DNA from: Azolla caroliniana
Taxonomy: Eukaryota; Plantae; Polypodiophyta
DNA length: 64,000 bases
NCBI GenBank assembly: GCA_043228905.1
Contig: JBHGNT010000012.1
Coordinates: 10,602,001 to 10,666,000, forward strand
Direction of reading: 5' to 3'
Of this stretch, positions 45,488 through 56,641 are shown one piece after another. The notes under the pieces are model-generated. The model worked only from the letters and a program-made list of their open reading frames with translations, had not been told where the DNA came from and did no database searches. The position numbers and the translations under genes were made by a program. Numbering within the stretch: the stretch's first letter is position 1; every line of letters starts with the position of its first letter.

Positions 45488-45499
45488 TTGAACCAATTT
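45488..45499 (+). promoter_or_regulatory. Self-priming PBS (TTGAACCAATTT)
   Basis: Exact complement of AAATTGGTTCAA at 45253-45264, 33 nt after the TATA start; no TGG tRNA-type PBS. Confidence 0.8.
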
Positions 45500-45552
45500 C
45501 CCTCTCTAGTCTTTCTTTTGGTTCCCCTCATCCTCTTATCCTTTTTCTATAC

Positions 45553-48500
45553 AATGGCTTCTGTTAGCGCCCAGGAATACCAATCCGTTTTCTCCAAACT
45601 ACAGTGTCTAAAAGGAAAAATTGTTGCCTTGGAACAAGAAAACCGGCGGTTGTTAGGGGATCTTCAACAAATCGCACTAGAAAAACAGCAAACGCAGCAA
45701 CAACATGGGGAGTTAGCTTTACGTGTGCAACAACTTGAAGCAACATTGCAACAACAAGGATCAAGTCCCCACGGATTTCATAAAGAGCCCAAGATTGGAC
45801 TTCCTGTGAAATTTGATGGAACGCGATCGCAATTTAGGGGATTCCTCAATCAGGTACGCTTAATCATTCAAATGCATCCTTCTCAATACCCCACTAATGC
45901 ATCCCGAGTCGGCCTAATAGGCACGTTGTTTAGCGGCTCAGTCTTGGCATGGTTTGCTCCGCTTCTGGAAAAACAATCGCCCTTACTGAATAACTTTGAA
46001 GACTTTATTAGTGAGTTTAAAGCTTGCTTTGGAGATACAGACAGCATCCGGACGACGATCAACAAAATCTGACGATTGCGTCAAGGCGATCGTCCAGCCT
46101 CTACCTACACGGAGGATTTCCGTCTACTCTCTTCAGATATCCCCTGGGATGATCATGCACTAATAGAGCAGTTTCACTACGGCCTACGAAACGATGTCAA
46201 AGATCTACTTTTAACATTCCCCGAAGAACAAAAGTCTCTTACGGAGGCAATTAGTCAAGCGGTCCGATGTGACAACCGCCTTTTCGAACAATATTCGGAA
46301 CATCAATTACAGATACCACGCTTTAGGCCGGAGGCCACTTACGCCCCAGTCGCGGCTAAACCGTTTGCACGAGACATACCTCAAGCAAATACTCCGACAC
46401 CGATGGAGATCGATACCATGCGTCGACGTGGCCCATTATCGGAAGAAGAAAGGCAACGACGTCGTGCAAATTGATTATGTCTTCATTGCGGTGGACCAGG
46501 GCATATCGCAATCAATTGTCCCCATAGGCCAAGAAGACAGGTAAATCAAATCGTAGCATGTACTAAACCCGAGTCAATTCTTCCCTTAGGAGTGTCTAAT
46601 AGTATTAATAGTACTAATAGCCCAAGTATCTCAAACAAATTTGAAATCCTTAGTCAATTAGATGAAGAGTTAAACGATTGAGTCCAGCCAAAATAGGAGT
46701 CGTTTGGTTGGACAGCCCTAGATCTGTACAACCCATTAGTGGTTCCATTCCCTCCAAGCAAGTTAGCAATGTGTTCCTAGCCCAAGTCATGGTTAGTACT
46801 AAAAGTACTCCCCTAGTACAAGTCCTGGCACTTTTAGATTCCGAAGCCAAATCCTGTTTCATGGATCGAAATTTTGCCCAAATTTTGCCCAAGCTTCTCA
46901 GATATCCTTAAGAAAACTTCCTTGCCCCGCATTTGTAGTAGTCATTAACGGTCGTCCCATTGCTTCCGGGAATATTGTAGAAGAGTCAGAACCCATTCAG
47001 GTTGTCCTAGGTAGTTTTGTGTGTGTAGTATCATTTAATATAATTAGTAGTCCAGAGCATCCCATTGTCCTGGGATTACCTTGGTTTGAACTACATAATC
47101 CAGACATAGATTGGAGAACAAGAGAAGTCCGATATTGACAACCCCATGAATCTACTCATCGAGTTTCGACCATTTCACTACGTCAACTATGCGAAGAAGG
47201 ACACAAGGAGGCAATGTTCCTATTTGCCATATCAGTACATCCTTCCAGCAATATAAAGGAGGAATCCTTAGTGCAACTTCCGGCAAAATATCATCCTTAT
47301 GCCGACGTATTTGACAAGGTAAAAGCCGGTACTCTTCCTCATCATCGTCCCTACAATTGTCCCATCAATTTACAACCAGGAGCAGAGCCACCATGGGGAC
47401 CAATTTACAACTTGTCACCCACCGAGTTAGAAGTCCTTCGAGCCTACATAGAGGAGAACTTGGCAAGCGGGTTTATTCGTCATTCGAAATCTCCGGCCGG
47501 AGCACCCATCTTCTTTGTCAAGAAGAAAGATGGCTCACTTCGTCTTGTCGTTGATTACCGCGGCTTAAATAAGGTCACCATCCAGAATAGGTATGCACTT
47601 CCTCTTATATCAAGTCTTTTAGAGCGAGTTAATGGTGCCAAGTTTTTTACAAAAATCGATCTACGAGGAGCGTATAACCTCGTGCGGATCCGACCGGGAG
47701 ATGAATGGAAGACCGCCTTTCGCACGCGGTATGGGCATTTCGAATATACTGTTATGTCGTTCGGTCTAACCAATGCACCCGCCGCAGTCTTCCAACACAT
47801 GGCAAATGATATATTCAGAGAACTCTTGGATATCTGTTTGATCATCTATCTGGATTATCTATTGATTTATTCGAAGACTCGGGAAGAGCACTATTCTCAT
47901 GTACTATTAATACTAAACCGACTCCGCAAGAATGGTCTTTATGCCAAGCTAGAAAAATGTAGCTTTGACTGCAAGCAAGTGGAATTTCTAGGCTACGTTA
48001 TCTCCTCAAAGGGCATCTCCATGGATCCAACTAAAGTCCAAATTGTGCTAGAGTGGCAAATTCCATGGTCAGTATGAGATGTACAATGTTTTCTAGGTTT
48101 TGCTAACTTCTACCGCAAGTTTATACAAGATTACTCGAAGATTATTTTACCTCTCACACAACTTAGGAAGAAGAGACAAACATTTCTTTGGTCCAATGAA
48201 GCGGACATGGCTTTTCGGCATCTTAAGAAAGCCTTTACATCAACACCTATTCTAGCTCATGTGGATACAAGCAAACCATTCATCATGGAGGCCGACGCAT
48301 CAGATTTCGCCCTCAATAGGATCCTTTCTCAACAAGGAGATAAAGAAGAGTTATATCTTGTGGCTTTCCATTCGCACAAGTTCGATGCTGCGGAAATCAA
48401 CTACGAAATACATGACAAGGAGTTATTAGCCATCGTGGATTCATTTGTGAAATGGCGGCATTTTTTGGAGGGCTCTCCACATCAGGTCATCGTCTTCAGT

Positions 48501-48871
48501 GATCACAAGAATCTTTCCTATTTCCAGAACGCTCATGTGCTAAATCGACAGCAAGCTAGGTGGGCTCAATTCCTCACACGTTTTGATTTCAAAATCGCAT
48601 ATCGATCGGGGAAGCAGCAAGGAAAGGCAGATGCATTATCACGACGTTCATATCTTGCACCTCGTCTTGGTGATCCAACGTTCGATAATCAAAAGCAAGT
48701 AATCTTGGGACCAACACGATTGCACACAACGCAGATTTTTCACACCCCAATGGATTCCCAGATTACCGACACGATACGTGCGAACTTGAAGACGAACAAT
48801 TTTGCTCAAGACATTCTGGCGCACATTGATACCTCTCGGGCATCCTGTTCCCAGTCTCAACAACCAGGTAT
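45553..48871 (+). pseudogene. gag and PR-RT-RH of element N, with stops
   Basis: Gag with CLHCGGPGHIAINCP, ALLDSEA protease relic, RT 47214-48077, RNase H EADASD…HDKELLAIV. Confidence 0.9.
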
Positions 48872-51800
48872 TGTCAAGACTGAGAGAGAGAAAGAGAGAG
48901 AAAAAGAGATAGAGAGATAATTGAAAGAGAATTATTATATTGAAGCGTAAAATGGATTACAAAGAGTAGGCTACAAAATGGCATTGAACCAATTTAGGTT
49001 TGGGATGGGTGGTAGATCCCTATTTATAAGTAATAGAGAACTCTCTAGAATATTCTAGGTTATCCTAGAATGTAGAGTAATCTAGAAGATCTCTAGAGTA
49101 TTCTAGAAGGTTCTAGTGGTATAAAACACTCTAGAATATTCTAGGTCATTCTAGAATGTAGAGTAATATAGAATATTCCTATGATATTAGATTTCATATT
49201 CTAGAGACTATACATATAAGAATATTAATACAATGGTTAAGGATTTGACATGTGTACAACAAGGTCGTGGGTTCAAATCCTTTCGAGTCATAATGTGAGT
49301 GTCATGATCCTTTCGATGCATGATGTGACTGTTATCATGACACTATCCCCCTTCTTCGACGACACGTCTCACGGGTCGTAGGGTTTGTATTAGGACCTGG
49401 TTTACAAGGATATTGGCGATGAAATGCATTGACGAGTTCTGCAGCATTAGAAAGATTTGTGGCAGGTTCCCAAGTTCGATCATTGGGGGTATAGCCTAGC
49501 CAATCGACCAAGTAATACAACTTGTTGCGCACAATTTTAGAATCGAGAATGGCAGCAACTTCAAATTCAGGCCCGTCCAAGAACTCGACAGGTGGTGGGG
49601 GTGTCGTAAGACGGCCCGGAATTGAACTTGTAGTATAAGGTTCCAAAAGGGATACATGAAACACCGGATGAAGATGCATGTGCGGAGGGAGGTCAAGACG
49701 AAATGCAACATCACTTATCTTACCAGTGATCATGTAAGGGCCAAAACGTTGGTAATCCAATTTACTACAAGGTCGAGTGGTCTTGATGTTGTGTTGGAGA
49801 AGCCATACATGATCCCCAATGCGGAACTTTTTTGAGGAGTCTAGACGATGACGATCGGCAAGCCTCTTGTGTGTAAATTGAGCATCGTGCAAATTGTGGA
49901 GAATGTTAGCTTGAATTTCTTGGAGGCGACTAAGACGATCCTCGGCAGCAGGGTTGGTAGGAACTTCTGGATGCGCATTCATCGTCCATCGAGGATGACA
50001 GCCCGTATTTGCGAAAAATGGGGAATATCCTGTAGAAGAATGGGCTGAGTTGTTGTAAGCGAATTCCGCCAAGTGCAAAAATGCAACCCAATCATCTTAT
50101 TGATAGTTGATGAAACAACGAAGATATTGTTCCAATGTCTGGTTGGTACGCTCTGTTTGGCCATTTGTTTCAGGATGATAGCCCGAAGAAAGCTTAACTG
50201 AAATGTGGAGAAGTTTGAACAGGTGCTTCCAAAACTTTGAGATGAATTGTGGACCACGATCACTAATAATATCATCTGGCAGACCATGATGCTTAAATAC
50301 CTCCCGCATAACGAGATCAGCCGTCTCTTGACTAGTAATCGACTTTGTACATGGCAAGAAATGTGCCATTTTGGTAAATCGATCAACCACTGTGAGAATT
50401 GCATCAAAACCTTTTGAAACTGGGAGATCAGTAATGAAGTCCAAGGATATAGACTTCCAAGGTGTTTCCGGAATGGGAAGTGGTTGTAGTAAGCCATAGG
50501 GTCGGTGACGAGGATTCTTTGATCGACAACATATATCACAACTCCGAACATACTCCTCAACAAAATGACGAAGGCGAGGCCACCAATAGCGTCGAGAAAT
50601 TAATTCTAGAGTCTTGTGAACTCCAAAATGACCAGCCATTGGTGAGTCATGGCAATGTTGCAAAACTTGTAGCCGTGGGGGACCATCAGGAACATACAAT
50701 AAATTTTGTCGAAATAGAAAACCATCATGCCAATAGAACTGACAATAGTCATTACGAGGATTTTTCGACTGTGAGCAAGAAGCACGATCCGGGACGATAT
50801 GATCCAAAACATCCTTGACGAAATCATCAGTGGCCATATGATCTCGAACGGAATCAAGAAGAGTGGAATTTTCAAGAGCTGTTATGGCGTTAACTACCAT
50901 TAATCGTAATCGATTAGGACCCAAAAGGATTTGTTTTTGATGCTCAAAAGTAGGTTCCCCTGGACGAAGTTCCATATAAGAGCGCCGAGAAAGAGCATCT
51001 GCTTTGCCTTGCTGCATCCCAGGGCGATATATGATGATAAAGTCGAAGTGAGTCAAAAATTGCGCCCACCGGGCTTGTCGCCGACTCAAGACTCGAGCAT
51101 TTTGGAAGTAAGTCAGGTTCTTATGATCATTGTAGACAATGATCTGCTGAGAAGAACCTTCTAGGAAATGTCGCCATTGTTGAAACGAATCCACGATTGC
51201 AAGAAGCTCTTTGTCATGGATCTCATAGTTGATCTTTGCAGCTTCAAACTTTCGTGAATGAAAGGCGACAGGGTGTAGTTGTCCATCATCTCCAGTCTGC
51301 GAGAGGACACTCCCTAGTGCAAAATCGGATGCATCGGCTTCGAGGATGAAGCGTTTTGTTGGGTCGACATGTGTTAAGATAGGTGCCGTTGTAAATGCTT
51401 GTTTTAAGCTTTCGAATGCCTCGGATGCATCTGAACTCCATATAAATGGTTGATCTTTATGTGTGAGCTGAGTAAGCGGAAGCACAACCTTGGAATAATC
51501 TTTAATAAATTTTCGATAAAAATTTGCAAACCCGAGAAAACATTGCACATCACGCACTGAAAGGGGCGTTTGCCACTCTAAAATTGCATGTACCTTCATG
51601 GGGTCCATAGCAATACCATTTGACGATACAACATACCCCAAAAATTCCACTTGATTCTGGCCGAAACTACACTTTTCTAATTTTGCGTAGAGACCATATT
51701 CTCGGAGTCGGCACAGTACTTGACGAACATGTGCATCATGCTCCTCTTGGGTCTTTGAGTAGATTAAAATATCATCTAAGTAAACTATAGTGAAGATATC

Positions 51801-52839
51801 AAGAAAATCTCGAAAAATATCGTTCGCCATATGTTGGAAAACAGCAGGTGCATTCGTGAGACCAAATGGCATCACTGTATACTCAAAATGTTCATAGCGA
51901 GTGCGGAAAGCTGTCTTCCATTCATCCCCCGGGCGAATCCGAACTAGATTATATGCTCCGCGAAGGTCCAACTTCGTGAAATATTTTGCACCACTGAGAC
52001 GTTCCAAAAGATTCGGGATTAATGGTAGAGCATATCTATTTCGGATAGTCACTTTGTTTAGCCCTCGATAATCCACGACCAACCGAAGAGTCCCATTCTT
52101 CTTCTTAACAAAGAAGATAGGTGCACCAGCAGGGGATCTAGAATGCCGAATGAATCCGTTTGCCAGATTCTCATCAATATATTCCCGCAAAGTCTCTAGC
52201 TCTACAGGGGAGAGATTATAAATTGGGCCCCATGGAGGTTCTTTCCCTGGTTGTAAGTCAATAGGGCAGTCGTATGGCCGATGCTCCGGCAATGTATTGG
52301 CCTTCACCTTATCAAAGACATCTGAAAACTCCTTGTATTTCTCTGGTAGTTTAATATCCGCGTCACGTGAAGTGGATGATGGAGTTGCTACTATTGTGAA
52401 GACGAACATGGCCTCGTTCCCCCCTTCCTCCCGCAACTGTCGTAAAGAGATGGGCGATAACTCCGGGGATCTACCACCCATCCCAAACCTAAATTGGTTC
52501 AACGCCATTTTGTAGCCTATTTATAAGTAATAGAGAACTCTCTAGAATATTCTAGGTTATCCTAGAATGTAGAGTAATCTAGAAGATCTCTAGAGTATTC
52601 TAGAAGGTTCTAGTGGTATAGAACACTCTAAAATATTCTAGGTCATTCTAGAATGTAGAGTAATATAGAATATTCCTATGATATTAGATTTCATATTCTA
52701 GAGACTATACATATAAGAATATTAATACAATGGTTAAGGATTTGACATGTGTACAACAAGGTCGTGGGTTCAAATCCTTTCGAGTCATAATGTGAGTGTC
52801 ATGATCCTTTCGATGCATGATGTGACTGTTATCATGACA
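48872..52839 (-). mobile_element. Tcn1-like chromovirus element O nested in N (TSD GGTAT); 3' LTR 48872-49342; 5' LTR partial, gag/PR deleted
   Basis: TSD at 48867-48871 and 52840-52844; PPT AAGAAGGGGGATAG; U3 copies nearly identical. Confidence 0.93.
49335..52508 (-). pseudogene. pol: RT-RH-INT-chromodomain of element O; 803-aa open frame plus one stop at ~50097
   Basis: KLDLRGAYNLVRI, YLDDILI, HCHDSPMAGHFG…CDIC, SLDFIT, SDRGPQF, GPY, FEVAAILDSK…YLVDWLGY…TWEP. Confidence 0.93.
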
Positions 52840-54234
52840 GGTATGGACTACCGACAATTCGAATATCATGATGGTTTGTTATTCTTTAAAAAGCTTGTAT
52901 ATGTCCCCGATTGCTCCTGTCGCCTTCAAATCGTCCAAAGTTGTCACAACACCCATATGGCGGGACATTTCGGTAGCACTAAGACGTTGGATCTAGTTCA
53001 ATGATCCTTTTGGTGGCCCCATATGCGACGTTTTGTCGACGACTACGTTCGGACCTGTGATGCTTGCTACCGAGCAAAGATGCCACAACACCATCCATAT
53101 GGCTTGTTGGAACCCTTACCGATTCCAAGTAAGCCGTGGCAGTCTATTTGTCTTGACTTTATCACAAATCTGCCAGTCTTGAAGGGGTTCGATGCTATCT
53201 TAATCGTCGTCGATCGATATACGAAGATGGCACATTTTGTGTTGTGTACTAAGGCCATCACTAGCGAGGAAACCGCCACCCTTGTCATGCGTGAGGTATT
53301 TCGGCATCATGGCCTTCCAGACAGAATCATCAGTGACCGAGGACCGCAATTCGTCTCCAAATTTTGCCAGCATCTCTTCAAGATGCTCAAGGTCTCTTGC
53401 AACCTCTCCTCTGGCTACCATCCTCAGACCGATGGGCAAGCGGAATGAACAAACCAAACGTTGGAGCAATATCTCCGGTGTTTCCTGAGTTATCAACAAG
53501 ACGATTGGGCCGAGATTCTCTATTTTGCGGAGTTTGCATATAATAATGTTGTTCACTCCTCGACTCGAGTCTCCCCATTCTACGCTTATACCGGTTCTCA
53601 TCCTCGTTGGTCGGTGATCGACACCCCGGAGCTACCTACCAATCCTCGTGCCGAGGATCATTTGGAGAGACTACGCAAGATCCAGATGGATCTCTCTACT
53701 CATCTTCGTCATGCTCAACAGACATAGAAGACTTACATAGATTGTCATCGGCTTCCCTCCTCTTTTGCAATCAAAGATTGAGTATGGTTTTTACATCGTC
53801 ACATCAAGACTACTCGACTGTGCGACAAGTTGGATTATCGACGACTCGGTCCTTTCCGTATTACCAGTAAGGTTAATGATGTCACGTTCTGCCTTGATCT
53901 TCCTCCGCATCTTCGGATACATCCGATCTTCCATAGTTCTCTTCTTGAACCTTATAAAGCAAACATTATTCCCGATCGTGTTACACCACCGCCGCCCTCG
54001 CTTGAGTTAGACGTCGGCCCAAAGTATGAAGTTGTTGCCATCCTCGACTCCAAATTTGTTCGCAACAAACTTTATTATTTGGTCAATTGGCCCGACTATA
54101 GTCTGAGCAAAAGTACTTGGGAGCCCGTCGCCAATGCTCAGGATCTTCTTGCTGATTTTCACAAACAGTATCCCGACAAACCCGGTCCTCAATCAGCATC
54201 GACTCATACACTTGTCGTCTTAAGGGGGGGATAG
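52840..54234 (+). pseudogene. Integrase and chromodomain remainder of element N
   Basis: CHNTHMAGHFG, CLDFIT, SDRGPQF, YHPQTDGQ, chromodomain relic. Confidence 0.9.
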
Positions 54235-54844
54235 TGTCATGATATGGCAAGGCTCGAACCCATGACCTTATGGTATGGGTCAAGCTCTTAACCATCACAC
54301 CATCTATTGTAATTTGTAAGATATTATTTTCATTTATGCTTTATTATAAGAAATTAATGTATATTCCAGATTTCTCTAGAACATTCTAGAAGCTTCAGGA
54401 CTACTCCTGAGAGCACTATAAAAGGAGGCACAAGGCATTGTTGTGAACCAAATTGGTTCAACGCTAATCTTAGGCCTCATAGCCATCTTGTACTTACTCT
54501 TCCTATAATATATCATCTATCATCATCATCTCTCTCTCTCTCTCTTCTCTTCTCTTTCCTCCCTCTCGGGAGTCTTACGAAGTCCCGTCCTCTTGGAACT
54601 CATGAGACATAGGAGAAGTTGTCGAAGGACAACCATGCAACCACACAAATCTCATTCAAAGAACAACCCAAATTTTCTTTAGCCCCATGACTCCTACTGA
54701 TGTGACAAGTCAATAAAGGGCTATTCATGCTTCTGCAATTCATCACACACGCTTCCCTTGGTCGTGTAGGAGATGTCTCCAATTCTGGATCGAGACCCAT
54801 AGGTATATGTATAAATATGCTTGCTACATGGGTTGAGTTCCCAT

Positions 54845-54848
<4 letters not shown>

Positions 54849-54888
<40 letters not shown>
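54849..54888. repeat. (AC)n microsatellite
   Basis: ~20 AC units. Confidence 0.9.
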
Positions 54889-54893
<5 letters not shown>

Positions 54894-54914
54894 TATACCG
54901 ATCATTCATTCGAA

Positions 54915-56320
54915 GAAGACTGGCTTATGTATTGATAAATTAGAAGAACTGGTGAGTAAGGTTGCAAGAGAAGAATGCTTGAATGCCCCCAAATTGATGC
55001 AACATGTTATCTTATTGCTTCTATATGCATATGATGCGGTACTCTTCTCATATGATGTTGATAGTAGAAGAATTTTGCCATAGTAGTGGACTAGTAGTGA
55101 ATGTGGAGAAAACAAAAATGATGGTAGTGCAAATCATCCAACCTCATCATTACCCTATGCTCACATATAGAGGTGAACATATACAATTTGTTTGAAGCTT
55201 TAAATAAATGGAGTGCATGCTTTGATTCTAGGCTCCAAGAGAGTTGGAAATCATATTACCTTTTGGAGAACCAATGCAACCAAATATTTGTGGATGGGAA
55301 GTAAAACTAATGTTGTTCAATGCCATGGTAACTCAAGTATTGCTTTATGGAGTAGAAGTATGGGGTGGCACAATCTCTCTTAATGCATGGAATGAAATTG
55401 AGAAAATACAAAATATGTTTTTAAGGAGGCAATTAGGAGTTAAATGCACTACCTCTTACCAGGTTATGCTCTTGGAAACAGGTGGTCGACCCATAGAAAT
55501 ATTGGCCCTCCAAAGAGTATATAAATACATTACAAAAGTCAAGAATATGCTGAATCATCGATTACCACATCTTGCTTGGAATGTTGGATGTGAGCTACAA
55601 AAGAATCATAAGAGTAAGATTCTCTCATCCGATCAGGGTGTTCACATAAGGAAATGGTTTAGATGATGGGGTGTGGATGATATTTTAGAGCTTTCTGGCG
55701 ATGCTATGCATCATGTAATGATTGGGGAAAGGTTGGTGAAATCATTAAGGATGAAATGGGAAGATGCTAAGAGGACAACACTAGAATACTACATTGCAAA
55801 TGTCAACCTTGAATGTTGGTCTCAATATAAAGCAAGAATGCCTATTGATCGTATCTAACCTTATCTGATTACCAATATGAGTAGTAATGCTCGTAGAACC
55901 CCCCTTACACTACTTCGCACTCGATCTCGCAAGTTAGGTATCGAAGTCGCATCATGGTATCAAAATGTAACGAAATTGAGGACATGTAAAGTATGCAATG
56001 AAGGCATGGTAGAGGACGAATGTCACTTGCTCTTCACATGCTCAACATATAGTGAGTGCAATTCGTTCAAGATATGCTGACATACTAAGAGGGAGTGATA
56101 ACTTAAATGCCATACTTAAGACACCACCTAGAAGGTTGAGCTCATATATGCGTATGCTTTATTCACACATGGAGACTTTGTGCTTCAATGTATGAATACC
56201 CCTTCCTTCCCTTCCCTTCCCTTCTTAGGAAGGAGACACACATGAAGAACACATGTATACTTTGGTCCCAATAGGTCAAAAAACAATGGCCTCTTTATGT
56301 ATATGGACGATAAAATTTCG
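54915..56320 (+). mobile_element. 5'-truncated, decayed non-LTR retrotransposon (RTE/RTE-X-like RT and C-terminal region)
   Basis: LLLYA(D>Y)D, EEFCHSSGLVVNVEKTKMMV, LFNAMVTQVLLYGVEVWG, C-terminal RTCKVCNEGMVEDECHLLFTC. Confidence 0.78.
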
Positions 56321-56641
56321 AATCCTAAATTCTTTGACTCAGCACACTTTTTAAAGTGGAGTACATTATGTGTGTATGTATGTATGTATATACATACATA
56401 TTGGTAGTGGATTGTGGCTAATACAAATATATTGATATTATGTATAGAGCTATAGATAGATAGCTGCTACCTTATAAATTATGTTTATGGTGGCTGTAGT
56501 TGTAGCTGTAGCTGCATTTGTTTTTTTGGTCTTTGGCTGTGGAAGAAGACGAGAGAGACCACACTACCCGTTGATGACGTGAAAGACGTTCCATCCCTCC
56601 CTCTTGCTTCTGTACAGTCGAGATCCAAGCCTTTTCTGGCT

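Larger units (their letters stand above)
45036..54593 (+). mobile_element. Tcn1-like chromovirus (Gypsy) element N, decayed; 5' LTR 45036-45485, truncated 3' LTR 54235-~54593; contains element O
   Basis: TGTCATGA…TCATGACA LTR, PPT AAGGGGGGGATAG, gag EPKIGLPVKFDG, RT KIDLRGAYNLVRI, chromodomain YEVVAILDSK…YYLVNW. Confidence 0.93.

Noticed and set aside
54594-54848. Segment replacing the end of the 3' LTR of N
   Set aside because: No termini, TSD or coding signature that I could assign
56579-56641. Upstream GTG extension of PANK2 exon 1
   Set aside because: Non-ATG start from the ORF caller; the first in-frame ATG is at 56642
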